64,000 nt of DNA from Octopus vulgaris. Its lineage: Eukaryota. The notes beneath the pieces are model-generated. The model saw only the letters and a program-made list of their open reading frames with translations, ran no database searches and had not been told where the DNA came from. The stretch covers positions 86,428,001-86,492,000 of the forward strand of contig OX597819.1 in NCBI GenBank assembly GCA_951406725.2, given 5' to 3'. Each line of letters starts with the position of its first letter. The stretch's first letter is position 1. A program made the position numbers and the translations under genes. Positions 39,701-50,072 of this stretch are shown piece after piece.

Positions 39701-42700
39701 TTTAACCTTTTTAGGCTACTTTCAAGCCTTCGCCATAACTTGATTTATCTTCCTATCTCTCTCTCTACAATATTTAACCGCAGGCTGCCTCAAGCCGTAA
39801 TCCCATCTTTTTCCCATCTGTCTTCTTTTTCCTCCTCTTCTTCTTCATATGCTAAAACTTGAAAACCGCCATTACTATTACTATTACGATTCTGCAATTT
39901 AAATTCCCAGTTCAACTACTTTCTTCTTCAATTTCAACTCCCGCTCGATGACCGCAGCAAGTTCTTAAAAAATTTATCTTACTATATTTTTTTATTCGTT
40001 GTTAATACGTTTATTCATACACTGTTACGAAAATTTAACCTTTTTTAGGCTACTTTCAAGCCTTCGCCATAACTTGATTTATCTTCCTATCTCTCTCTCT
40101 ACAATATTTAACCGCAGGCTGCCTCAAGCCGTAATCCCATCTTTGTTAATACGTTTATTCATACACTGTTACGAAAATTTAACCTTTTTTAGGCTACTTT
40201 CAAGCCTTCGCCATAACTTGATTTATCTTCCTATCTCTCTCTCTACAATATTTAACCGCAGGCTGCCTCAAGCCGTAATCCCATCTTTTTCCCATCTGTC
40301 TTCTTTTTCCTCCTCTTCTTCTTCATATGCTAAAACTTGAAAACCGCCATTACTATTACTATTACGATTCTGCAATTTAAATTCCCAGTTCAACTACTTT
40401 CTTCTTCAATTTCAACTCCCGCTCGATGACCGCAGCAAGTTCTTAAAAAATTTATCTTACTATATTTTTTTTTATTCGTTGTTAATACGTTTATTCATAC
40501 ACTGTTACGAAAATTTAACCTTTTTTAGGCTACTTTCAAGCCTTCGCCATAACTTGATTTATCTTCCTATCTCTCTCTACAATATTTAACCGCAGGCTGC
40601 CTCAAGCCGTAATCCCATCTTTGTTAATACGTTTATTCATACACTGTTACGAAAATTTAACCTTTTTTAGGCTACTTTCAAGCCTTCGCCATAACTTGAT
40701 TTATCTTCCTATCTCTCTCTCTACAATATTTAACCGCAGGCTGCCTCAAGCCGTAATCCCATCTTTTTCCCATCTGTCTTCTTTTTCCTCCTCTTCTTCT
40801 TCATATGCTAAAACTTGAAAACCGCCATTACTATTACTATTACGATTCTGCAATTTAAATTCCCAGTTCAACTACTTTCTTCTTCAATTTCAACTCCCGC
40901 TCGATGACCGCAGCAAGTTCTTAAAAAATTTATCTTACTATATTTTTTTATTCGTTGTTAATACGTTTATTCATACACTGTTACGAAAATTTAACCTTTT
41001 TTAGGCTACTTTCAAGCCTTCGCCATAACTTGATTTATCTTCCTATCTCTCTCTCTACAATATTTAACCGCAGGCTGCCTCAAGCCGTAATCCCATCTTT
41101 GTTAATACGTTTATTCATACACTGTTACGAAAATTTAACCTTTTTTAGGCTACTTTCAAGCCTTCGCCATAACTTGATTTATCTTCCTATCTCTCTCTCT
41201 ACAATATTTAACCGCAGGCTGCCTCAAGCCGTAATCCCATCTTTTTCCCATCTGTCTTCTTTTTCCTCCTCTTCTTCTTCATATGCTAAAACTTGAAAAC
41301 CGCCATTACTATTACTATTACGATTCTGCAATTTAAATTCCCAGTTCAACTACTTTCTTCTTCAATTTCAACTCCCGCTCGATGACCGCAGCAAGTTCTT
41401 AAAAAATTTATCTTACTATATTTTTTTATTCGTTGTTAATACGTTTATTCATACACTGTTACGAAAATTTAACCTTTTTTAGGCTACTTTCAAGCCTTCG
41501 CCATAACTTGATTTATCTTCCTATCTCTCTCTCTACAATATTTAACCGCAGGCTGCCTCAAGCCGTAATCCCATCTTTGTTAATACGTTTATTCATACAC
41601 TGTTACGAAAATTTAACCTTTTTTAGGCTACTTTCAAGCCTTCGCCATAACTTGATTTATCTTCCTATCTCTCTCTCTACAATATTTAACCGCAGGCTGC
41701 CTCAAGCCGTAATCCCATCTTTTTCCCATCTGTCTTCTTTTTCCTCCTCTTCTTCTTCATATGCTAAAACTTGAAAACCGCCATTACTATTACTATTACG
41801 ATTCTGCAATTTAAATTCCCAGTTCAACTACTTTCTTCTTCAATTTCAACTCCCGCTCGATGACCGCAGCAAGTTCTTAAAAATTTATCTTACTATATTT
41901 TTTTATTCGTTGTTAATACGTTTATTCATACACTGTTACGAAAATTTAACCTTTTTAGGCTACTTTCAAGCCTTCGCCATAACTTGATTTATCTTCCTAT
42001 CTCTCTCTCTACAATATTTAACCGCAGGCTGCCTCAAGCCGTAATCCCATCTTTGTTAATACGTTTATTCATACACTGTTACGAAAATTTAACCTTTTTT
42101 AGGCTACTTTCAAGCCTTCGCCATAACTTGATTTATCTTCCTATCTCTCTCTCTACAATATTTAACCGCAGGCTGCCTCAAGCCGTAATCCCATCTTTTT
42201 CCCATCTGTCTTCTTTTTCCTCCTCTTCTTCTTCATATGCTAAAACTTGAAAACCGCCATTACTATTACTATTACGATTCTGCAATTTAAATTCCCAGTT
42301 CAACTACTTTCTTCTTCAATTTCAACTCCCGCTCGATGACCGCAGCAAGTTCTTAAAAAATTTATCTTACTATATTTTTTTATTCGTTGTTAATACGTTT
42401 ATTCATACACTGTTACGAAAATTTAACCTTTTTAGGCTACTTTCAAGCCTTCGCCATAACTTGATTTATCTTCCTATCTCTCTCTCTACAATATTTAACC
42501 GCAGGCTGCCTCAAGCCGTAATCCCATCTTTGTTAATACGTTTATTCATACACTGTTACGAAAATTTAACCTTTTTTAGGCTACTTTCAAGCCTTCGCCA
42601 TAACTTGATTTATCTTCCTATCTCTCTCTCTACAATATTTAACCGCAGGCTGCCTCAAGCCGTAATCCCATCTTTTTCCCATCTGTCTTCTTTTTCCTCC

Positions 42701-44640
42701 TCTTCTTCTTCATATGCTAAAACTTGAAAACCGCCATTACTATTACTATTACGATTCTGCAATTTAAATTCCCAGTTCAACTACTTTCTTCTTCAATTTC
42801 AACTCCCGCTCAATGACCGCAGCAAGTTCTTAAAAAATTTATCTTACTATATTTTTTTATTCGTTGTTAATACGTTTATTCATACACTGTTACGAAAATT
42901 TAACCTTTTTTAGGCTACTTTCAAGCCTTCGCCATAACTTGATTTATCTTCCTATCTCTCTCTCTACAATATTTAACCGCAGGCTGCCTCAAGCCGTAAT
43001 CCCATCTTTTTCCCATCTGTCTTCTTTTTCCTCCTCTTCTTCTTCATATGCTAAAACTTGAAAACCGCCATTACTATTACTATTACGATTCTGCAATTTA
43101 AATTCCCAGTTCAACTACTTTCTTCTTCAATTTCAACTCCCGCTCGATGACCGCAGCAAGTTCTTAAAAAATTTATCTTACTATATTTTTTTATTCGTTG
43201 TTAATACGTTTATTCATACACTGTTACGAAAATTTAACCTTTTTTAGGCTACTTTCAAGCCTTCGCCATAACTTGATTTATCTTCCTATCTCTCTCTCTA
43301 CAATATTTAACCGCAGGCTGCCTCAAGCCGTAATCCCATCTTTGTTAATACGTTTATTCATACACTGTTACGAAAATTTAACCTTTTTAGGCTACTTTCA
43401 AGCCTTCGCCATAACTTGATTTATCTTCCTATCTCTCTCTCTACAATATTTAACCGCAGGCTGCCTCAAGCCGTAATCCCATCTTTTTCCCATCTGTCTT
43501 CTTTTTCCTCCTCTTCTTCTTCATATGCTAAAACTTGAAAACCGCCATTACTATTACTATTACGATTCTGCAATTTAAATTCCCAGTTCAACTACTTTCT
43601 TCTTCAATTTCAACTCCCGCTCGATGACCGCAGCAAGTTCTTAAAAAATTTATCTTACTATATTTTTTTATTCGTTGTTAATACGTTTATTCATACACTG
43701 TTACGAAAATTTAACCTTTTTAGGCTACTTTCAAGCCTTCGCCATAACTTGATTTATCTTCCTATCTCTCTCTCTACAATATTTAACCGCAGGCTGCCTC
43801 AAGCCGTAATCCCATCTTTTTCCCATCTGTCTTCTTTTTCCTCCTCTTCTTCTTCATATGCTAAAACTTGAAAACCGCCATTACTATTACTATTACGATT
43901 CTGCAATTTAAATTCCCAGTTCAACTACTTTCTTCTTCAATTTCAACTCCCGCTCGATGACCGCAGCAAGTTCTTAAAAAATTTATCTTACTATATTTTT
44001 TTATTCGTTGTTAATACGTTTATTCATACACTGTTACGAAAATTTAACCTTTTTTAGGCTACTTTCAAGCCTTCGCCATAACTTGATTTATCTTCCTATC
44101 TCTCTCTCTACAATATTTAACCGCAGGCTGCCTCAAGCCGTAATCCCATCTTTGTTAATACGTTTATTCATACACTGTTACGAAAATTTAACCTTTTTTA
44201 GGCTACTTTCAAGCCTTCGCCATAACTTGATTTATCTTCCTATCTCTCTCTCTACAATATTTAACCGCAGGCTGCCTCAAGCCGTAATCCCATCTTTTTC
44301 CCATCTGTCTTCTTTTTCCTCCTCTTCTTCTTCATATGCTAAAACTTGAAAACCGCCATTACTATTACTATTACGATTCTGCAATTTAAATTCCCAGTTC
44401 AACTACTTTCTTCTTCAATTTCAGCTCCCGCTCGATGACCGCAGCAGGTTCTTAAAGAATTTATCTTACTATATTTTTTTATTCGTTGTTAATACGTTTG
44501 TTCATACACTGTTACGAAAATTTAACCTTTTTTAGGCTACTTTCAAGCCTTCGCCATAACTTGATTTATCTTCCTATCTCTCTCTCTACAATATTTAACC
44601 GCAGGCTGCCTCAAGCCGTAATCCCATCTTTTTCCCATCT
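33791..44640 (+). repeat. Tandem array of 24 full units plus 1 partial unit (18 x ~478 bp, 6 x ~334 bp); the long unit is the short unit with an internal 144-bp duplication; terminal units are A-to-G hypermutated
   Basis: The unit start ttcccagttca recurs at ~33792, 34270, 34604, 35083, 35560, 36038 ... 43913 and 44391. Central units are identical except for homopolymer/CT-run length and a single G>A at ~42812. Confidence 0.97.
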
Positions 44641-44669
44641 TTCAGCCATTGCGGTGCGCCCGCCCCCCC

Positions 44670-45180
44670 ACCCCCACCACCAATACCGTTGAACACTGTT
44701 CTCACCCCCACCACCAATACCGTTGAACACTGTTCTCACCCCCACCACCAATACCGTTGAACACTGTTCTCACCCCCACCACCAATACCGTTGAACACTG
44801 TTCTCACCCCCCCCCCCACCACCAATACCAGTATACCCCGTTCTCTCCATCTACACCGGATACACCTTACTCATCTACACTGGGTACGCCCTACTCCCTC
44901 CTCCTCCCCCCACTACCACTTCTCCTCATATGCTTAAGACAAGCTGCTAGCGCCATAGCTCATCAACTGCCCACCGATCTTACGCTTCCTCCTGACACTG
45001 CCTCAATCCGACCATCCCCTTTTAGTACCCTTCTCCTCATATGCTTAAGACAAGCTGCTAGCGCCATAGCTCATCAACTGCCCACCGATCTTACGCTTAC
45101 TGCCTCAATCCGACCATCCCCTTTTAGTACCCTCCCGCCTCGTCAATCCGACCATCCCCTTTAGTACCCTCCCGCCTCGT
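44670..45180 (+). repeat. Tandem duplications in the RTE 5' UTR (33-bp unit x ~4; ~110-bp duplication; ~37-bp duplication)
   Basis: ccccaccaccaataccgttgaacactgttctca repeats at 44672-44810. cttctcctcatatgcttaagacaagctgctagcgcc occurs at ~44919 and ~45030. caatccgaccatcccctttagtaccctcccgcctcgt occurs twice. Confidence 0.9.
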
Positions 45181-45548
45181 AATATCCTACGTTTTTATTT
45201 CTTAGGAACCTACACCAACCCTTCCTGCCATCGTTCCTCCTTACCCCAACCTTCCCCACTGGTTGCTCCCCTATATTACCCGCCTCAACTGGACCTCCCC
45301 AACTCAACTCTAGAATATCTGTATTTCTTTCCTCTACCTAATTACGTTACTCAGAGACGATAACAAATGTCCACTGCTAACACCAGCTCCTGCCCACGGC
45401 GTGGTCAGGTTGGAAGAGAGATCAAAAGAAAAATACCACGAAAACTATCACCACCACTACAACCCTCCTCTTCTCAGGCGCCGAATCCCCCTGTCCCCCC
45501 CACATCTCCTTCCCAGTTTTCAGAGTTGGCACTATCAATGTTGGTACA

Positions 45549-48500
45549 TTGACAGGCAAGTCTAGTGAGATTGTAGAGATGCTAGAGAGAAGACAGGTTG
45601 ATGTATGCTGCATACAAGAGGTAAGATGGAGAGATGCTTCGGCTAGGGTCCTCACGGGCAAGGCACTTAGATACAAACTCTACTGGCAAGGTAACGCGGA
45701 AGGTGTAGGGGGTGTAGGCATTCTCCTTGCGGAGGAATGGGTGGATAAGGTCATAGAGGTTGTCAGGGTTTGTGATAGAGTGCTTAAGCTCAGGTTGGTC
45801 CTACAGAGTGGCACAGCTATGATTATCTCAGCCTATGCCCCACAAGCGGGACTACCAAATGATCAGAAGGACAACTTTTATGATACCCTTCTGCAGGCTA
45901 CTTCAAAGACTAGTAACAAGGACCTCATCTTTGTAGGTGGAGATTTTAACGGGCATGTTGGGCGGGAATCGGGTATCTTCACTGGGGTACATGGTGGATA
46001 TGGTATTGGCACCAGAAACGATGAGGGAACTAGACTACTGGAATTCTGTGATGCATGTAACCTTTCAATCTGCAACACTAACTTCAAGAAGCCAGTCTGC
46101 CACCTTATAACTTATCAGTCAGGAGACTCCGCTAGCCAAATAGACTTCATCCTCACCAGACAACGGGATGCAGGGTTGCTCTTGAATACAAAGACCCTCC
46201 CGGGTGAAGAATGTATCCCTCAGCATAGACTAATCATCAGTGACTTTAAGCTTGAGGCCAGAAGGACTCCAAGAAACAAACCAATCCAGAAAAGAAGGAT
46301 TTGGAGGCTAAAGAACCCTTCGCATGGTCAGAAATTTAGGGACATACTCATCAAGAAATTTGATGAGAGGGAAGAGGAGCTTCAGACGTCAGACATAGAA
46401 GGTAGCTGGGAATTCCTACGGGACAGCTTGTTGAGTGCCACAGACCAAGTTTGTGGATGGTGCAAAGTCCCTTCCAGACCTAGAATTACGTGGTGGTGGA
46501 ATAGTGCAGTAGATAAAGCCATCTGTGAAAAGAGACGGGCCTGGAAAGCCTGGAAGGAGGGGGGCAGCAGGGAACTGTACCAGATAGCCAAAAGGGAGGC
46601 TGGGCGGCAGGTATACATTGCCAAAGATGTAGCAGAAAAGAAGAAGTTTGCCAATGTCCAGCGTCGCGAGGATCAAAGAGCTGAAGTATTTCGGATTGCC
46701 AGACAGTGTGTCAGAGAAAATAGCGATGTTATAGGAGAGAAATGTGTCCGCATGGATGATGGGGCACTTGCTTTTACTACTAGTGAAAAGAAAGAGGCCT
46801 GGAGAAGCCATTATGAAAGACTGCTAAATGAGGAGAATGAATGGGAGGAGGAGAGCCTGCCAAATGTTGACCCAGTAGAGGGACCAGCTACCCGAATAGA
46901 CAGCTCCCTTGTAGATAAGGCAATTAAGGATATGAAACCAGGCAAAGCCCCTGGCCTATCAGGAATCACTGCTGAGATGCTTAAAACAGCTGGCTATGTG
47001 GGACATGCCATAGTCACCCGCATTGTAAACCAGGTAGTTCACAATGGAGCCATACCCAATGACTGGTGCAGCAGTACCATAGTCAACTGCTACAAGGGTA
47101 AGGGTGATGCTCTAGATAGAAATAACTACAGAGGTATCAAACTGTTGGACCAGGTGATGAAGGTCTCAGAGAAGGTCATAACCAATCTCATTAGGGAGAG
47201 AATTTGTTTAGATGAAATGCAGTTCGGTTTTGTACCAGGTAGAAGCACCACTGATGCTATATTCCTGGTCCGACAACTGCAGGAGAAGTACCTAGCTAAA
47301 GATAAACCCCTCTACATAGCTTTTGTAGACTTGGAGAAAGCCTTTGACAGGGTTCCCCGTTCCCTTATCTGGTGGTCGATGCGGAAACTGGAGATTGAAG
47401 AATGGCTAATAAGGGCTGTACAGGCTCTATACAGAGAGGCTGTTAGCAAGGTTAGGATTGGCAACGAATATAGTGAAGAATTCCGAGTAGAAGTAGGTGT
47501 GCACCAGGGCTCAGCCCTCAGTCCCCTTTTGTTCATCATAGTACTTCAAGCAATAACAGAGGAATTCAAAACGGGATGCCCCTGGGAGCTCCTCTATGCC
47601 GATGACCTAGCTCTCATAGCAGAATCACTACCGGAACTAGAAGAGAAATTTCGGGTATGGAAGCAAGGGTTGGAATCAAAGGGCCTTAGAATAAATGTAG
47701 CAAAGACCAAAGTATTAGTAAGCAGCAAGAGGTACTCAACACACATCCCCTCGGGTAGGTGGCCCTGCTCAACCTGTAGGAAAGGTACAGGTAGAAACTC
47801 CATAAGATGCACCCAATGTAAGTTATGGACACATAAGAGGTGCAGCAACATTAAAGGGAAATTAACAGATAAGATAGCTTTCATGTGCGGCAGATGCACA
47901 GGGACAATAGACACAACAGACACTCAGAAAACAGATTCCATCACACTCCAGGGAGAGAAACTAGAAGTAGTTGATAGTTTCCGCTACCTGGGAGACCAAG
48001 TTAGTAGCGGAGGTGGATGCACAGAGAGTATCACCACTAGAATACGAATAGCCTGGGCAAAGTTCAGAAAGCTCCTACCCCTACTGGCAACAAAAGGCCT
48101 CTCCCTCAGAGCAAAAGGTAGATTATATGATGCATGTGTGCGAACTGCCATGCTTCACGGTAATGAAACATGGGCTGTGACTGCAGAAGACATGCGTAGA
48201 CTTGAAAGAAATGAAGCTAGCATGATCCGCTGGATGTGTAGTGTCAGTGTGCACGCAAAACAGAGTGTAAGTATCCTGAGAGAAATGCTGGATATAAGAA
48301 GCATCAGATGTGGTGTGCAAGAGCGACGCTTGCGATGGTATGGTCATGTGCTGCGGATGGATGAAGAGAGATGTGTGAAGAAGTGCCACTCCCAAACAGT
48401 TGAAGGTATCAGGGGGAGAGGTAGACCCAGGAAGACATGGGATGAGGTGGTCAAGCATGACCTCAGAGCATTGGGCCTCACTGAGGCAATGGCGAAGGAC

Positions 48501-48623
48501 CGAGATCTCTGGAGATATGCTGTGACTACAAAGACCCGGGCTGCTTTCTGCAGCAATTCCACATACCCCCTACCCATTCTAAGTACCCCCCTACCCATTC
48601 TAAGTACCCCCTACCCATTCTAA
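45549..48623 (+). CDS. RTE LINE polyprotein: APE endonuclease, reverse transcriptase and C4HC3 zinc finger; true start probably ATG 45367
   Basis: EN motifs (RVGTINVGTL just upstream in frame, CIQE, AYAP, GDFNGHVG, QIDFIL). RT motifs (YRGIKLL, QFGF, FVDLEKAFDRV, GVHQGSALSPLLF, LYADD). RTE C-terminal motifs (RRLRWYGHV, RGRGRPRKTW). 1024 codons without a stop. Confidence 0.96.
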   Translation: MTGKSSEIVEMLERRQVDVCCIQEVRWRDASARVLTGKALRYKLYWQGNAEGVGGVGILLAEEWVDKVIEVVRVCDRVLKLRLVLQSGTAMIISAYAPQAGLPNDQKDNFYDTLLQATSKTSNKDLIFVGGDFNGHVGRESGIFTGVHGGYGIGTRNDEGTRLLEFCDACNLSICNTNFKKPVCHLITYQSGDSASQIDFILTRQRDAGLLLNTKTLPGEECIPQHRLIISDFKLEARRTPRNKPIQKRRIWRLKNPSHGQKFRDILIKKFDEREEELQTSDIEGSWEFLRDSLLSATDQVCGWCKVPSRPRITWWWNSAVDKAICEKRRAWKAWKEGGSRELYQIAKREAGRQVYIAKDVAEKKKFANVQRREDQRAEVFRIARQCVRENSDVIGEKCVRMDDGALAFTTSEKKEAWRSHYERLLNEENEWEEESLPNVDPVEGPATRIDSSLVDKAIKDMKPGKAPGLSGITAEMLKTAGYVGHAIVTRIVNQVVHNGAIPNDWCSSTIVNCYKGKGDALDRNNYRGIKLLDQVMKVSEKVITNLIRERICLDEMQFGFVPGRSTTDAIFLVRQLQEKYLAKDKPLYIAFVDLEKAFDRVPRSLIWWSMRKLEIEEWLIRAVQALYREAVSKVRIGNEYSEEFRVEVGVHQGSALSPLLFIIVLQAITEEFKTGCPWELLYADDLALIAESLPELEEKFRVWKQGLESKGLRINVAKTKVLVSSKRYSTHIPSGRWPCSTCRKGTGRNSIRCTQCKLWTHKRCSNIKGKLTDKIAFMCGRCTGTIDTTDTQKTDSITLQGEKLEVVDSFRYLGDQVSSGGGCTESITTRIRIAWAKFRKLLPLLATKGLSLRAKGRLYDACVRTAMLHGNETWAVTAEDMRRLERNEASMIRWMCSVSVHAKQSVSILREMLDIRSIRCGVQERRLRWYGHVLRMDEERCVKKCHSQTVEGIRGRGRPRKTWDEVVKHDLRALGLTEAMAKDRDLWRYAVTTKTRAAFCSNSTYPLPILSTPLPILSTPYPF

Positions 48624-48702
48624 GTACCCCGGATCCCCAAAGTACCCCGGATCCCCAAAGTACCCTGGATCCCCAAAATACCCCAATCCCCAAAGTACCC
48701 CG
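48565..48702 (+). repeat. Short tandem repeats at the ORF end/3' UTR (~21-bp x3, ~18-bp x4)
   Basis: Units ccccctacccattctaagta and ccccggatccccaaagta. Confidence 0.85.
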
Positions 48703-49807
48703 GACCTCGTTGCCCCCGTGCCGCTGACACGTTAAAATGCTCGAATCCGATCGTGACGATGCCGGACCCTCCGGCCCCTGTGCAGGTGGCACGTAAAAAG
48801 CACCCAATCCACTCACGGAGTGGTTGGCGTTAGGAAGGGCATCCAGCCGTAGAAACTCTGCCAGATTCAGACTGGAGCCTGGAGCGGCCCCTGGCTTCCC
48901 AGACCCGGTCAAACCGTCCAACCCGTGCTAGCGCGGAAAGCGGACGTTAAACGATGATGATGATGATATACATATATACACATACATATGTATATATGTA
49001 TACATATATATACGTACATATATATACATACATATACATATATATATGCACACATATATGCAGACATATATATCTATACATATATATATATATACACATA
49101 TATACCCGGTGTTGCATGGGATTAAAATGGCATAGTTTTTTAATTGTTTTACTTGTTTTAGTCATATGACTGTGGCCATGCTGGAGCACTGCCTTTACTC
49201 GAACAAATCGATACCAGGATTTATTCTTTGGAAGCCTAGTACTTATTTTATCAGTGGCTTTTACTGAACCACTCAGTTATGGGAACATAAACATAGTAAC
49301 ATCAGTTGTCAAGCAATGGTGGTGGTACAAACACAGACACACGTGCACACAAATATATACGACAGTCTTCTTTCAGTTTCCATGTATGAAATCCACTTTA
49401 AAGGTTTTGGTCGGCATGAAGCTATTATGTATATATAATCTATATATATCAATTACTCCTTTACTTGTTTCAGTCATTTGAGTGTAAACATACTGGAGCA
49501 GTGCCTTTTAGTTGGTAAAATTGACTCTGGACTTATTCTGCTAAGTTACAGGGACATAATGACACCAATATATGCACTAACCAAAATAAGTGGATCTATT
49601 GATTAGGAAAATACTATTTACTTGTTTAATGGTTGTACTGGATAAATTGCAAAAATAAATTTAACAGTTCAAATACTAAGAAATAGGCATACACAATTTC
49701 ATTTTTACCAAATAATTTAGGAAAAGGAATGTGTTATTTCCATTGGCTATATATAAGGATCTCTTCCAGGGATGAATAGGTTAAATCCCTTGGTTTTTAA
49801 AGTAAAA

Positions 49808-50072
49808 TCATCACCATCATCATCATCGTTTAACGTTCGCTTTCCATGCTAGCATGGGTTGGACGATTTTGACTGTGGGGTGGCGAGCCAGATGGCTGCA
49901 CCAGGCTCCAATCTTGATTTGGCAGAGTTTCTACAGCTTGATGCCCTTCCTAACACCAACCACTCCGAGAGTGTAGTGGGTGCTTTTTACGTGCCACCGG
50001 CACAGGGGCCAGTCAGGCGGTACTGGCAATGTCCTCGCTCGAATATTTTTACACATGTACCAGCACAGGTGT
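49808..50072 (-). mobile_element. RTE 3'-tail fragment
   Basis: Reverse complement of the tail at 48780-48967. Confidence 0.8.

Larger units (their letters stand above)
44641..48967 (+). mobile_element. Apparently full-length RTE-clade LINE (5' UTR, single ORF, 3' UTR, (GAT)n tail)
   Basis: C-rich 5' UTR, intact EN-RT ORF, a 3' tail shared with many truncated copies in the window, and a terminal (gat)5. Confidence 0.93.

Noticed and set aside
33791-44640. CRISPR array or diversity-generating retroelement (adenine-specific variation beside an RT)
   Set aside because: There are no unique spacers and no cas genes. DGR mutagenesis gives A>N in a single TR/VR pair and uses a bacterial-type RT, whereas here changes are only A>G and the RT is a eukaryotic RTE LINE.
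33791-44640. Retrozyme or viroid-like rod with a hammerhead ribozyme
   Set aside because: I found no CUGAnGA…GAAA core on either strand, and the strong pyrimidine/purine strand asymmetry precludes a rod-like self-complementary fold. Other ribozyme classes are not excluded without a covariance-model search.
33887-44692. Repeated + strand ORFs (MLIRLFIHCYENL…)
   Set aside because: They start at TTG, are L/F/S-rich by-products of a pyrimidine-rich strand with few stops, and show no recognisable domain.
45422-48921. Minus-strand ORFs overlapping the RTE
   Set aside because: They are antisense shadows of the long RTE coding frame with no independent motifs.
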